Below, piece by piece: positions 37,956-52,193 of a stretch of 64,000 nucleotides of DNA. A program made the position numbers and the translations under genes. Location: assembly GCF_006345805.1 (NCBI RefSeq), contig NC_043012.1, forward strand, positions 30,318,001 through 30,382,000. The letters are read 5' to 3'. The stretch is from Octopus sinensis (lineage: Eukaryota). Under the pieces are notes generated by a model. It did no database searches and was not told the DNA's origin. It was given only the letters and a program-made list of their open reading frames with translations. Every line of letters begins with the position of its first letter. Positions within the stretch are counted from its first letter, which is position 1.

Positions 37956-40692
37956 GGTTGTTCTTGTTATTGTTGTTGTTAACTGTAACGTTGTTTCCAC
38001 TGTAATTGTTATGTTAGTCTCATGTATATGGTTGCTGTTATTCTCGTTAATTGTATTGTTGTTGTTGTTGTTAGGACTACACACGGTAAAGCATGATTTG
38101 AGGGGTATTTCGCTGCTGTTTCTTGCGGGGCAAGAGACCTCGTAGAAGTTTTCTTCATTGGCTTGCTGTTGTTGTTGCAGTAATAATTACTGTAGGTTTT
38201 TGTCGTTGCTGTTTAGCCCCAGGCATGCCCTTATCGAGCAGATCTGCGATCAAAGACGTCTCTACCGAGGTCTACATTATCTTGTATATTCTCTCTTTTT
38301 ACAAAATAGTGGGTATAGTTTAGGAACATCTGGCTGCCATTTCTAGCACATTATGCGACCATATAGCAGCAGTAGTAGTGAGCTCTAAATGTGTAGACAT
38401 GATGAAAAGCATTTCCACTCATGACCATCCCATTGATATTTCAGGCAGTGTATCGAGAAAGACTGTTATCCAATGTATCTTTTCTTTTTATAAGACAATC
38501 GATAGAATATGATTTGAAGGTGATTTGGTTGTTGTTTCTAGCATATCGGGCCGCCTCTTCCCTCCGTAGAGGCCGTCCATGTTGGCTTGTCGTCAACATA
38601 GTTACTGCGGCCGTTGCTATTGTAGTTTCGCCTCAGGTCAGTTCTGATTGTGCAAATTATAATCAAAGGCACTCCAGCTGTGATCATCCCGTCCTTTTTT
38701 TCCAGTTGTTTTTGTTGTTGCTTAGACTCCGGTAAGTCCTGAATGAGCAGCCTTTAATATCCAGCTTTGTTAAAGACATTTGGCTGCTATTTATAGCGTG
38801 TCGAGCAACCACTTAGAGGCTTCTTTCTTCAGTAGTAGCAATGTTGCTATTATATTCTTTTTTTTTTTTTTCTTTTGAAGGCTGTTGTGATTGTCATTGT
38901 GATTTGTCGTGATTGTGGTTATTGTTGCTGTTACAATATTAATTGCAATACAATTCCTCCCTTTGAAAACATTAGATTTCTTCATTTTCATAAAATCACT
39001 GAAACGAAAAACATATTTCAAATAAATGTCACGCTCTGATTCCTCACCGAGATAACATACTTTCTCTCAATCCCTCCTCCTCTCTCTCTCTCTCTCTCTC
39101 CCGCATTTCTCCACTCATTCGCCGTCTATTATTTACATTTACACACACACACACACAAACACACACGCACACACATTAACATACACTCTCACGTATTGTG
39201 GGTATACGAGGGTTCAATAATAACACGTCACAGTGACCAGCTGTTTCATCTCGAGCCGACAATTCTTCAGGCTACTGAAGAACTAAGAAATGCTTAATGC
39301 ATTTATAGGCAACGGGTTTGGTTTGGGGCTGGTTCGGTTCTGAGTGGAGTGGGTAAGTTTAGCAGGAAAGGCTGTTCTATTTCTATTTGTTTATTTTTAT
39401 CTGTTAACAGAGGTGGCATATACGCATATGTATTATTTTGAGCGTGTTGGGACAACGAAGATTTTTCGATATAAAAGATAACATCTAAATGAATATGGTT
39501 CGTATCTAACTTCCTCCAAGTGAATTGTTTTTATGTGTTTTCCCTGTGTCTCCTTCCCCACCCTGTAAAGTAAATAATTTCCTGTAAAATCAGGTTATTC
39601 TTAGATAACTTATGTCCGTCGTCGCTCATTACCGAAGAGAACCAGCCAGATCGAAACAGCAGCTATGTACGAATATTAAGGGGTCTGTAGTCGTAATGAA
39701 CGGGGGACATAAAGCATTAATTAATTAAATAAATGAATTAAATAGCTGCATAAAGATAGAATATATTTTATTCCTTTCACTTCGCTAATGGAAAAACATT
39801 ATTCCTTACAAGAATAAAATCTCTCCGTTGCTATGGAAATGAAATAAACAACCAATCGGCATAATTTAGATATTTTTTACAAGAAGGCCACTGGAGTCTT
39901 TGGGTGGTGAAAGGAGAAGTTTGTATGATGAAAGAATGAGTGGAATAGTGAATATTGTATTGGGTGCCAAGGCTGATGTTTCTACTCGTGTGAAGATTCA
40001 CGGACCGCAGCAGCTGGTCACAGTTCAGAATTCTGATTCTAAATCTCTACATTTGCTCTACAAAAGGACGTATGTAGAGATTTATAGAGATTTGTAGAAG
40101 TTTATAGTGCGTAGTACGACCTAATTATCCCTGATTATATATTTGTACACACACATACATATGTATGTATGCATATATATCTAAGGCCGAGAGCAGTCAA
40201 AATAGACAAGTCTATCTATCTATATGTGCGTGCGTGTGTATGCGTGTACATGTGTGTGTGTGTATGTGTGTATGTGTGTGTATTAGTTTTAAAACTAATT
40301 TGTCTCACCAGAGATCATTTATTGAGGTCATTCTAGAAATAATCATCAGCTAAAAATATATCCCTCTTCATCTCTCTCCCTCTTCCTCTCTCTCTCTCTC
40401 TCTCTCTCTTCCTCTCTCTCTCTTTCCTCTCCTCTCTCTCTCTCTCTCTCTCTTCCTCCCACTCTGTCTCTGTATAGAGAGTGTACAGGAAGAGAATAAC
40501 GGATCAACGTAGAAATTTATCTCCTTTTCTTTTCAGCTCCGGTAAAACCACAGAAAAGAAAGAATAAAACGATAGCGAAGACAAAGAAATGCAACCGACT
40601 GGGGACCCTTTTAGGGAAACGTTGCTCTCTTGGTCCCTTGTATTTCATGGTAATCGGTAACCGGCCTCATAAGACGTAGGGTTCAAAAAAGT

Positions 40693-40735
<43 letters not shown>

Positions 40736-41492
40736 AGAAAACAGAGTAAAGATAAAGTACAAACACATTGTATAAATACATTAGGAATACAGAAGAAAAA
40801 AAGAGAAAGAACAGCCTATTCATGGTAAAAGTACAGTAAAGATATGATAGAAAGATAGGAAAGCTGCTGTAGAATAGAGTAGAAAGAGTAAGATTATAGT
40901 TGGGATATGGAAAAACACAATAAAGAGATTGTGGAAAACGACAGAGTAAAACGATTGTGAAATAATAAGGATAAAGGCGAAGCGCAATGGAAATATAATA
41001 GAAACGCCAATAGAATAAAACTGTGACGGTAAAGATAGAAGAGGCTCATTGTGTATATAATAATAGTAAGGATAGAATAATAGAGACCAGTCATAGTAAA
41101 GATGTAGGAGAATATCATAGAGTAAAAGCGTAGTATAAAGGTAGTAGAAAGAAGGTAGAGTAAAAATACAGAAGAGAATACTTTTAAAACTGAGAAGAAA
41201 CAGTGAAAAAAAACGTAGTTGAGATACGGAGAAAAGAGAAAAATAATCTCTATGATAATAGGTACATTAGGTGTGGTTAAAAGAAAGAAAACATGGAGAC
41301 AAATAAAATAAGCAAAGCACCAGGTCTTACGAATATGTATAACATGCAGAAGATAGCAGAGCTGGGTATCGCACACATGTTGCATGGAATACTTGATATA
41401 GGGACAATAACAACATAAACAAACCACAACACATACACAGAGCTGCACTGAGTAGTGCAGTGGAAGGGCGTAATAGAAATAAGACTACGGAA

Positions 41493-41584
<92 letters not shown>

Positions 41585-41729
41585 TGATGATGATGATGAT
41601 GATGATGAGGATAATGATGATGATGATGACGACGACAACAACAACATCATCAGGAGAAAAAAGACTCAAGGTTTTAACTGTGGAGGGTTTCCACAAAAGT
41701 AACCCCTGTTCGCTTATGTTCTTTTCTAT

Positions 41730-41930
41730 TCTAGGCACAAGACCCGAAATTTTGGGGGAGGGAGCCAGTCGATTAGATCGAACCCAGTACGCAACTGGTA
41801 CTTAATTTATCGACCTCAAAAAGATGAAAGCAAAGTCGACCTCGGCGGAATTTGAACTCAGAACGTAACGGCAGACGAAATACTGCAAAGCATTTCGCCC
41901 GGCGTGCTAACGATTCTGCGAGCTCGCCAG
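41730..41930 (-). mobile_element. SINE family B
   Basis: Reverse complement starts ctggcgagctcgcagaatcgttagcacgccgggcgaaatgc...gttctgagttcaaattccgccgagg (B-box-like). Confidence 0.85.
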
Positions 41931-41964
41931 TTCCCTTGTTGAAATTAATGTAACTACGAGATTT

Positions 41965-43000
41965 GCACTGATTCAGAAATCTGCCCTACGGGGAACAGCA
42001 AGGATTGTAAGAAAGGTTCTCGATGCTAAAGGAAACTGGTTGTGACCCAGTATCAAAGATATTGATTCCAAATGCAAAACATTCATGCATTAGGATTTTG
42101 AGATTCGTACTTTGATGTTGAATGTCTCCCACGATAATTAAGAACCAAACAACAAAGCTTATAATGTGCAGACCTCTGACAGCAGACTGTTGTCCGCTCT
42201 CACAGAACCTTCCAAGACCGAGCACTCTGAGAATTAAAACAATATTCCTAATAACAGAGATTGAGAGCACTATACTGTCAGCACAAGACCAAGCTTTGGC
42301 ATCGAATTGGAGGGTCAGTCTTAGGAATGAGCAAATGGCTCCAATGTGCCGCGTCTACAATAGAGTGGACAAAGCCATTGCCAATATCATAAACGAATGC
42401 TTTAGACTTGCTCAAAAACCATTACAACTCGTGGCGGCACGATGAGTTAGCGAAAATGCTACATTGGAAACTGTGCGAAAAGTGGGGGTCTAGAGAGAGG
42501 AAAAAGGTAGTATGAGCACAGACCGCAGAGAGGGGCGGTGTCGCAGACTTGCAAAATCCTCTGGGATTTTCCAATCCAAACAGGTCAGTTGCTAGAGCAT
42601 AACAGACTGGACCTAGTGGTGGTGGACAAGATGCACTACATGTGCCATATAGTTGATGTTGCGTGCCCCTTTGAGATATGAATAGTCAAGAAGGAAGGCG
42701 AAAAAGTAGATATATATAATCCTCTCAAGTACGAAATAGCCTGGCAATGGAAAATGAGGATTATTGTTGGGTTCTCGGGGACAGTGTCAAAAGGCATCAA
42801 GAAGAATATGAAGGAAATCGGAATAGAGTGCCCAGCAGAACTGTTACAAAAGGTTTGCCTGCTTGGCACAACCAGAATAATCAGGAAAGTATTAGATAAT
42901 TGAAAAGAACAGATAGCAGGGTACCGTAAGCTACAGGCAGCGAATATGCTACGCATGCAAGATTCCAGTAGTTCCAACAAAACCTGAGTTAAAAAGAATA

Positions 43001-43064
<64 letters not shown>

Positions 43065-43065
43065 T
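41965..43065 (+). mobile_element. R4/Dong-like LINE pieces: a short C-terminal stub (41965-42050) and a 3' fragment (about 42245-43000) with (TAA)n tail
   Basis: IQKSALRGTARIVRKVLD; then EIESTILSAQDQAL...HDELAKMLHWKLC...ILWDFPIQT...HNRLDLVVVDK...IVDVACPF...LLQKVCLLGTTRIIRKVLDN*, then (TAA)n. Confidence 0.8.
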
Positions 43066-43971
43066 AATGAAAATCTGATAAAGTGACAGTAAGTTATAAA
43101 ACAGATACATAGTGATATCATTGTATAAAATCGTAATATGATGAATGTTATGAGAGAAATATTATAGAAATACAACAGAAAAGTGAACAAAAAGGCAATA
43201 ATATGACAGAGAAAAAGAAAAGGAGAGACTGTAAAATGCTCGATGAGTTTGCAGAGGAAAGAGAAAAAGATGTAGTAAAAAATACAATAAACTAATTGTC
43301 GAAGTCCAGGCAAAAGTACAATGCAGACAGGGTTAAAAACCGAATAATGACCTTGTAGATGGACAGTAAAAACTGACGTATTGTAGAAATATTGTAATAA
43401 CCACAAAAATGACACAGTGATAATCATAAAAAAACTATTGTAGAAGTAGAAAAAAGAAACCATATTAAAGATATTGAAGAAGCAGTGTAAAACAAATCAT
43501 TATAAGGGACACAGAAAAAAAACCCCTAATAAACATGTTGCAGAAAGAGTGAACGACCAAACGGTTGTTCTAATTCATTCGTTGCTTCAATTCCAGATGG
43601 TTACGAAATCACCATCCATCAAAAGTAGACGTCTTGTCGTGAATCTTCTTCACTCGATAATGTTTTACCAAACAAATTTACAACAATCTCACGTTTGTTT
43701 GTTTGTTTGTGGTTGTTGTTTGGTGAATCTGTTGCTGGTTTCTCTTTGCCTCCGTAGAAGAGTCAGGGAAGATGGCTGATGGAGCGTGACACAGAGAAAC
43801 AGATAAAGGAATGAAGAATTGGAAGAAGAAGAAGAAGAAGAGGAAGAGGCGGAAAGATGAAGAGGAAGAAAAGGAAAGGGAAAAGAGAGGAGGGTAAAGA
43901 TGGAGAAAAGACATTAAATGGGAGAAAAAATGATTATGTAGAAAAGAAAACACAAGAATATGGAAAACACC

Positions 43972-44003
<32 letters not shown>

Positions 44004-44879
44004 CAATAACAACAACAACAACAACAACAACAATGAATAGATTGACAGAAGAAAAAGCAATAACACGAAGTGTGAAAAAATAAAACTAATAAAAGGGGCA
44101 AAAAAGGGAACTACGCCAAAAACCCCAGCGAAATCGCAAGCAATCAATCAAGCTTGACGCCGCCACAGTCATAAATTATTAGCTTAGACACCACCACGCC
44201 ACACCACCACAACACTCTAAACTACAGCCCACCACGCTACAGAGTACCATAGTACACCCGCCATACATACATACACACATACACACACACGCACATACAT
44301 ACATACATACATACATACATACACACACACATACATACATACATACATACATATAGATACGTATATATCATGTATGTATGTATGTATGTATGTATGTATG
44401 CATGTATTTATGTATGTATGTATGAATGTGTGTGCATATATGCATGTATGTGTTACAATAGACGGCACGCAGACTTTAGCAGGACTTCCCTCCACACCTG
44501 GCAAATGAATATTAGGTGTGTTGTTTAATTCCTTTCACTGAGGAGACAGACAAGAGACAAAGATAAGGAAATAAAGGACAAGACAGAAGACGGAAGACAG
44601 ACAGAGACAGGGCAAGGCAGAATGTGTCTGTTTGTCTGTCTGTCTGTCTGTCTGACTAGCGGCTGGCTGGTTGGCTGGCTAGGCGGCTGGCTTGCCCAAC
44701 TGACATAACATCAGTCTCAAGTGAATCCTCAGAAGTGGAAGAGTGATAAGGTTTATGAGAAAGACAGGCAAAAGACTTTAGTCAAAGAAAATATGGGAAG
44801 TATTTGGCAAAAGACTTTAGTCAAAGAAAATATGGGAAGAATTCCTGAAGGGTTTGCCTCGTCTTCAGAGATTAATTGG

Positions 44880-44880
44880 G

Positions 44881-44949
<69 letters not shown>

Positions 44950-45135
44950 TCTCTTTATCACAGGCTTTGTTGGAGCTCCTGGAGTCTTGCATGCGGAGCA
45001 GGCTCGCTATCTGCAACCTACGGTATCATGCTATCCGTTCTTTTCAACTGTCGAATACTTTCCTGATTATTCTGGCCGTGCCTAGGGGGCAAATCTTTTG
45101 TAAAATTTCTACTGGGCATTCTATTCCAATTTCCT
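44880..45135 (-). mobile_element. Short 3' end of an R4/Dong-like LINE (same subfamily as 42245-43065) with (TAA)n tail
   Basis: KEIGIECPVEILQKICPLGTARIIRKVFDS*; 3' UTR matches 42900-43000. Confidence 0.85.
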
Positions 45136-45496
45136 TGATATTCCTTTATATTATTATTATTTTCATTAGCATCGTCTTTCAATTCTGTTTCCATTTCTTG
45201 CCGAGTGTCTTCCTGACACCTAGGGCAGAGAAGCGTACTGTATACATTGGTAGGCCATTAAAACAAACACATCAGATTGTTCATTTACAGTCATGTGACA
45301 GAGAGAAAAGGGGGGAAAAATTAGAAAAGTAAATAAAGTGGGAGGGGGAGGAAAGACAATTGACAGCGACGATGCTCTTCTCAATACGTGTGATTTACCA
45401 GTTAAGACAATCTTTTGCACTTCCTGCATGGATGGTAAGCCAGGGATCATTCGTAAATGATTTTAAATTCTTTGTTGGTAATGCCATGTGCTCCTA

Positions 45497-46784
45497 CGAG
45501 GGGCGTTCAATAAGTAATGTCCCTGACCCACTTCCCATAGCAGTAGAGCAACGAAACTTGGCACAGGTATTAGTCTTTTTCAGCATAGGAAAAATCCAGA
45601 GTTACGCATTTCTCCCATTGTTTGATGCAGCTCTGGAGACCGTTTTCATAAAAGACCCCAGCTTGGTCCTCCAACCACGACGTGACTTCAGAAATCAAGG
45701 CTGCATCATCTGGGAAACGCTTTCCTTTCAAAAACAACTTCATGGCTGGGAAGAGGTGAAAATCAGAGGGTGCAAGGTCAGGAGAGTAGGGGGATGGGGG
45801 AATAGTTCATAGCCGCACGCCTGTGCTTCTGATCTGGCGACACGCGAGTTGTGGACCGGAGCGTTGTCCTGCAGGAGGAGGATGCCTTTGCTGATCTTGC
45901 CCGCCTCTTGGTTTTGATAGCTTCTCTTAATTTCCTCAAAAGTGAAGCATGATAGGCTCCTATAATTGTGGTACCCTTTGCCAGGAAATCTGACATCACT
46001 ACTCCGTCCTGGTCCCAGAAGACTGTGAGCATGACCTTGCCAGCGGAGGGTTGCACCCTTGCCTTCTTTGGAGGAGGTGAGTCATGGTGCTTCCACTGCA
46101 TTGACTGGGCTTTGGTCTCTGGATCATAGTGATGGACCCAGGTCTCATCCTGTGTAATCAGACTTTTGAAAAATTTTGACTCATCTTCTTGGCACATCCC
46201 TAAATTCATCCTCGAGCACTCGACGCGTTCTTGCTTCTGGAAAGTGGGAGCAACCTGGGAATCCATCTGGCAGACACCTTTTGCATATGCAAATGGTCAT
46301 GAATGATAGTTTCCACAGACCCGGTACGAATCTTGACCTCATGGGCTATTTGGCGAATAGTTATGCGTCGATCTTCCAAAATGGCAGCCTCATTGACGGA
46401 CAGATGCCTCATCAATGGCAGAAGGGGCGCGACCAGATCTGGGAGCTGTTTCCACAGAGTTCCGACCATGTTTGAATTCACGATGCCAGCGTTTTACAAG
46501 GTCATATGATGGGGCATCATCACCATAAGTTACTTTCATTTCATCAAAAGTCTCCTGTGGTGTGCGTCATTTCAAATACAAAAACCGGATCACTGCTCGA
46601 CACTCAACAGGCTCCATTTCCCACTTGACTCATTTCAAACACATGTAAATCAGAAACCACAATTAGTTCGGAGCTGTAATTTGCCACTTAATCTATAGAG
46701 ATATGAATAATTGCACATGCCAAATCTCAGCTAGATCAAACAGCGGCAAGTGGATCAGAGGCATTACTTATTGAACGCCCCTCG
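45497..46784 (-). mobile_element. Full-length mariner DNA transposon (1288 bp)
   Basis: Perfect 23-bp TIRs cgaggggcgttcaataagtaatg; TA duplications at 45495-45496 and 46785-46786. Confidence 0.95.
45570..46617 (-). pseudogene. Mariner DD34D transposase, one in-frame stop and about 3 frameshifts
   Basis: MEPVECRAVIRFLYLK*...KVSARWIPRLL / ITQDETWVHHYDPETKAQSMQW...SAGKVMLTVFWD / LLQDNAPVH...HPPYSPDLAPSDFHLF...KCV. Confidence 0.9.
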
Positions 46785-47729
46785 TATAATCACTGGTATT
46801 ATAACCGCCTTGAGATGCCGCATTTTTTCGATTTCAGTGAGAAAATCTCCATATTTTCGGGGTTTGTCAAATTCTTTTGCCACAATATTCTCATAGCAAT
46901 CAATAAAGAGACTTTATTGTTTTGGTCTTTCACAACGATATCCACTTTATTAGCTTTGATGGTTCTGTCCGTCTGCATTGAAAAGTCCAAAAGAATCGTT
47001 ACACTTTTTCCTCAGTTACAGCTTATACAATTTGCTTTTAGCCCTGAGCACCGTAGCCACTTTATGGGAATACTTTTGAGCAACATCAGCTTGTTTGCTA
47101 CGGTCCATACATTTGCCATGCAGAGGCTTCTGCTCCCGTCTACCACCCACTTGTCTATGCTCTTTTTTCTTTGTCATTCATTTTACTTTCTTCGCAATAA
47201 CAGTTGCCATGTTTCCCTCAGGCTGTTCAACCTGGGTATCATGCATGAACTCAGTAGCAAATCAATTTTTTTGCTCTTCCTCATGACAGAAGGAATCTTC
47301 CTACGTCTCTCGTGATTTTTACGATTTTTAGTACCCGGTTGTTAAATGCTTCAAGATATCTGGCCAGTCCAGTTGTGAGGGTTTTGTAAGAGATCAAACT
47401 GGATCAAGTCTCGACCTCCTTGGGATCTGAGAGGACAAAGACGATCCACGTCTGCTTTTGGATGGGGCATCTTATTACAAGTCAGCAGCTTTCGAATTTT
47501 TTCTTTATTGCACTGATTTTCAATCTTCTGTATTTCACTGATATTCCAGTTTTACACCTTGAAGCTATAAATAGCAATTGAAACCGGGCCAACATTTTAC
47601 TATGTGCCATTAACTCAGGTATCAGAAGTGATCGAACTCTCTTATAACATTCCTTCCTGATCTTCTCTTCCATGCTTGCATACTGAATGCCAGAGCCTTC
47701 ATTTATTCCTAGGCATTTATAGGTTTGAC

Positions 47730-47865
47730 TCTTCTTCTTCTTCTTCTTCTTCTTTCTTCTTCTTCTTCTCCTCCTCCTCCTCCTCCTCCTCCTCCTCCTC
47801 CTCCTCCTTCTTCTTCTTCTTCTTCTTCTTCTTCTTCTTCTTCTTCTTCTTCTCTTCTTCTTCTA
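47730..47865. repeat. (CTT)n/(CCT)n microsatellite at the 5' truncation point of the Dong-like copy
   Basis: Directly visible. Confidence 0.9.
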
Positions 47866-48207
47866 ATTTTATTAATTGTTCGAACAGTAGAGGTATTCGA
47901 AGGAGTAGAGAGGCTTTAGGAAGGTAGAGACTTTTGTAAGGTGTAGGGATCTCCCCCCTAAAATTTATTTATTCCTGGATAAAGAGAAAACGTCGACGTC
48001 GCAGCCGCTGTTGTCGTCGTCATTTTCTTTCGTTTTATGAAGCAGAAAGTAAAATTATTGAACTCGGCAAAGATCGTCAATAACCGGAACTCAGAAAATA
48101 CACTCGCGTGCGAAATCGCATAAATATGAAATACGTGGGTATGCGTGTGGGTGCGCGTGTGTATGTGTGCGTGTGTGTGTGTGCGTGCGTGTGTGTGTGT
48201 GTGTGCG

Positions 48208-48248
<41 letters not shown>

Positions 48249-49144
48249 GTGTGTGTGTATGTGGTGGTTGCTAATGCCGTCGTTGTTGTTGTTCTGATCC
48301 AGGACAACTTTAGTCAAGCAGAACTACGATTAAAGCCAGCTTTGACCACTGCGGCTTTATTGTAAATCTAGAACTAAATTGTCTTGAAATGTCTTTCTTG
48401 TTTTAAGACGAGAGGGGTGATATTTCGCTTTATGATCCAGAAACTACTGAAGTCATCAAGGATCACCATTTGTTGAAAAGTGAATAAAAAAATGCTTTTT
48501 CGAAATGAAATAAGACAGATATGAACGAAATGTAAGACAATGGTAATTGCCAAATCGGAATTGTTTTGGCAAAATATTTTTGATTTATTTTATAATGATT
48601 TTATTAAAAATAAACAAAAATATATGAATTGGATAGGATAACACTGCGTCTAACATTTAAGAAATTGTGAGAACCGTTTCCGCTAATCCATAGAAGATGG
48701 TCGATGTACCGCATGGCACATACATCTCTGAAATAATTATAGCAGTTAAACTATTGCATCTCTGCCGACACCCATCTGCTCCATGGCAGCATATTCTTTA
48801 CAGTGAACTGCTGCCCAGAATTAAATAACCCGCAGAATGCAAGGCATTGAGTTATGAGACCCAGAGAAGACTGAATCTTGTCTAATATTCTGTTAATGCC
48901 TGCTTACGTAACACCTCTAAGCTTTAAAATACGTTTGCTTCATTACCGCCATACTGTTGAATTCGGAATTAATTTCAATGTCACAAAAAAGTTAATTATA
49001 CTTTCATGTTCATTATTTTTAATATAAGCATCCCGGAGTCAACTCATCTTTCACTTTTGAAGAAGCATTCTTTAATTTTATTACCGAATATTGTCGAACA
49101 GTACCGAACATTATTTCATTCAGTTTTATTTTGCTGATTTTTCT

Positions 49145-49231
49145 CTGTATGTATGTATGTATGTATGTATGTATGTATGTATGTATGTATGTATGTATGT
49201 ATGTATGTGTGTGTGTGTGTATGTATGTATG

Positions 49232-49265
<34 letters not shown>

Positions 49266-49430
49266 TGTGTGTATGTATGTATGTATGTATGTATGTGTGT
49301 ATGTATGTATGTATGTATGTATGTATGTGTGTATGTATGTATGTATGTATGTATGTATGTATGTATGTATGTGTGTATGTATGTATGTATGTATGTATGT
49401 ATGCATGTATGTGTGTGTATGTGTGTGTGT
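49145..49430. repeat. (ATGT)n microsatellite
   Basis: Directly visible. Confidence 0.95.
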
Positions 49431-50991
49431 CATAGCACGTGACCCCACGCCAAAATACAGCCCACCGCCATACTATGGTGCACTTCGTCACCCTCCACAG
49501 TCCACAATATTTCCTGTCGTACCCAATCATACTACGACACAAAACCGTAACCCCACCCACTCCTTATCCTATTAAATTAAATTCGGGAAGATCAATAAGT
49601 GTGAAATGGTAAATGTGCCGACTCTGCCGCCCCCATTCCACCCTACCCCACCTGATTTAGTCAGGTGAGGGTTCCATTAACTGGATTGGCTAATATGAAT
49701 TAAGAGTTGGGCTGGGCTCCGTTTCGGGTGAGGGAGTCGATAGATTTATAGCAAGTTTAGGGCTGATAACAAGAGAGAGGAAATAGAGTTGGTTTCAGTG
49801 GGGTTTCGGGGGACATTTTGTAGGTGAGGGGTATTAGGGAAGTTCTGAGTCGATTTCAGGGGATCAAGAGGATACAGTTGATTCAGAGACATTAAGGTTT
49901 ATTTTCCAAAAAGATAAAAACGCACATCCTCAGGTGCAGCCGTAATCCTTTTCATGCACGAAAGAAATAAAGAGACTCTTAGGTACAGAAATATCCCTTC
50001 AACAAAAGACACAGTTTTCGGCTTTGTTTCAGAACAATTTAGTTCCTTTTTGGAAGATGAACGCCCTTGATGGCACTTAGTTGAATGTTTATGTGTAGTA
50101 GTAGTAGTAGTAATAGTAGTAGTGGTAGTGGTGGTGGTGGTTGTAGCAGTGGTGATATGTAGATGTGTGTTGTAACAAGCAGGTGTGTGTGAATGTGTGT
50201 GTGTGTGTTTGTGTGTGTATCTGGTTGTCTCTGTTTCATTTTCAAGTTATTCTTGAGCGAGCAGTCCAACGATCAAAGCATTCCAGCTGTGACCATCCTG
50301 ACTTTTACATGCGTGCAGTGAACCCAGGGACACAGCCAACGAGTTCTTTTCTGAAACACTAAGGTGTTACTTATATGCACACACGCACACACACACATAT
50401 GTAGGTGCATGTGTATACAGTTTTATGTATGTATGTTATGTATGTATGTATATATATATAGGCACACACATACACACAAAAATCATGCATATAGATATAT
50501 GCACAAAGACCTGGATATATATATATATGTATACACACACACATACACACACACAAACACATATATATATATATATATATACCTATATATATGTGTGTAT
50601 ATATATATACACCTATATGTATGTATATATATATATACATACATACATGCATATATATATATATATATTGTGTGTATATATATATAAAATGAGTAGGTGT
50701 GCAACAAAACATATACATACACATATACAAAAATAGCACCTACATATACAAAAACATATCCACACACACTCACACATCCACACACACTCACACATCCACA
50801 CACACACATACATACACACGCGCGCATGAATGTAAATGAATCTTACATATGATCAAAGGAATGTAAACTCCAGTCAGTTTTGAAAAGTTTCTTAAACGGT
50901 TGTTGATTTGTGTCGTTGTACAACCGGAAGTTGATTTGTGTCCTTGTACTAAGTTGACCGAGGCATTGAGTAATAATGTGCTGGTGTGTGA

Positions 50992-51033
<42 letters not shown>

Positions 51034-51151
51034 TGCGTTACGTATAAACATCAGGTGTGTCTTTGATCGGGGCGAGAGACGCGATAAGCATAAACAACAT
51101 ATAAAAAGAAAAAGAACAACAATAGCAACCACGACAACGACGACGACGACG

Positions 51152-51183
<32 letters not shown>

Positions 51184-51359
51184 AGACCGCAATAATAAAG
51201 GAAAATAACAAGAAGTGCAACTGCATCATAAAAGAGAAGAGCAAAATTAAGAGGTTTTGGAGGCGAACAGTTCTTGGTTTGAAAAGAGAAAAAAATTTTC
51301 AGGATGGAAATTAAGTTGATTGATTGTTTTGTGTATTTTTGTGTATTTTGTGTTTTATT

Positions 51360-51900
51360 CGCTGAATGTGGAGGGAGAGGCCAAGCCTTGACCTTTGATC
51401 CTTGCAGGTCCTTAGGTGCAGGTAGCGTTGATTCTGTCAATGTTCCGTTTAAACTGTAGAAAATGAAGGGAGAGTTTTCAGTGGAACAATGCCCTGAGGA
51501 GAAAGAATTTGACACTGTGGATAGTGAAGGGTTGGACAGAATAAGGGTACCGAGAGGTGGAAAAATGAATAGAGTTATAAGACCAGCCAGGTCACTGTAG
51601 TAACGATAGCAAAGACAGAGAGAGGAGACAAAACACCTGAAGGTCAGAGGCCAGAGGTCAGTGTCCGTTAGTGATAAAATGGCAATGATTTGAGTGACCA
51701 TTCATCCTGCAGTCCAGGATGTCAGCATACTTAGCAGTAGCAAACTATCGCACCCAGAGAAGTACCCCATTAAGGGCCTCACTTGAGCCTTGTAGAGGGT
51801 CAACAGCTGTTGGGGGCTGTAATACGTTCTGGTCCTTAAGAGGAGGGCATTACTAATATGAAGGCGCAAGGAAATCAACCAACTTAGTTTTGATTTTGAA
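51360..51900 (-). mobile_element. Decayed CR1/L2-group LINE 3' fragment
   Basis: LLRTRTYYSPQQLLTLYKAQVRPLMGY...SLTDTDLWPLTFRCFVSSLCLCYRYYS, matching the CR1/L2 RT tail 'LLTLYKAQIRP..EY...SLSLFYRYY'. Confidence 0.7.
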
Positions 51901-52161
51901 AGCATTCTGCATGAGAACTTCCATTGCAGAATATTCGATACAGGAAATGTTAGAACGTGGACTATTTACAGCTAAGTGGACTGTGGTTGCTATTGACGAT
52001 TTACGGCGGAGTGGTCATCGGCTATTGTTGGACACACACACACACACACACACACACGCACGCACACACGCACACACGCACACACACACATACACACACA
52101 CACACATAACACTGACACACTGACACATACACCACACATACACTCACACGAATACAAACAC

Positions 52162-52193
<32 letters not shown>

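Larger units (their letters stand above)
45140..47730 (-). mobile_element. Decayed R4/Dong-like LINE (family A) interrupted by a mariner
   Basis: SQTYKCLGINE...EKIRKECYKRVRS...HPKADVDRL...TDRTIKANKVDIVVKD...LPSMQEVQKIVLTG; 3' UTR matches 9610-9740. It is colinear with 9786-10562 across the mariner. Confidence 0.85.

Noticed and set aside
39232-39280. Minus-strand CTGAAGA...GAAACAGCTGGTC
   Set aside because: Weak stem II and out-of-register stems I/III; counted only as an HHR-like relic.
43745-43860. Strong-looking acceptor followed by a Glu-rich frame
   Set aside because: The frame runs into a (GAA)n microsatellite and stops; no donor.
44767-44839. Two copies of a 34-bp unit 5 nt apart
   Set aside because: Only two units and no cas genes in a eukaryotic context; a simple local duplication, not CRISPR.
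50225-50362. Acceptor-like site with a 38-codon frame
   Set aside because: Overlaps a dispersed repeat (ccagctgtgaccatcc, also near 38680).
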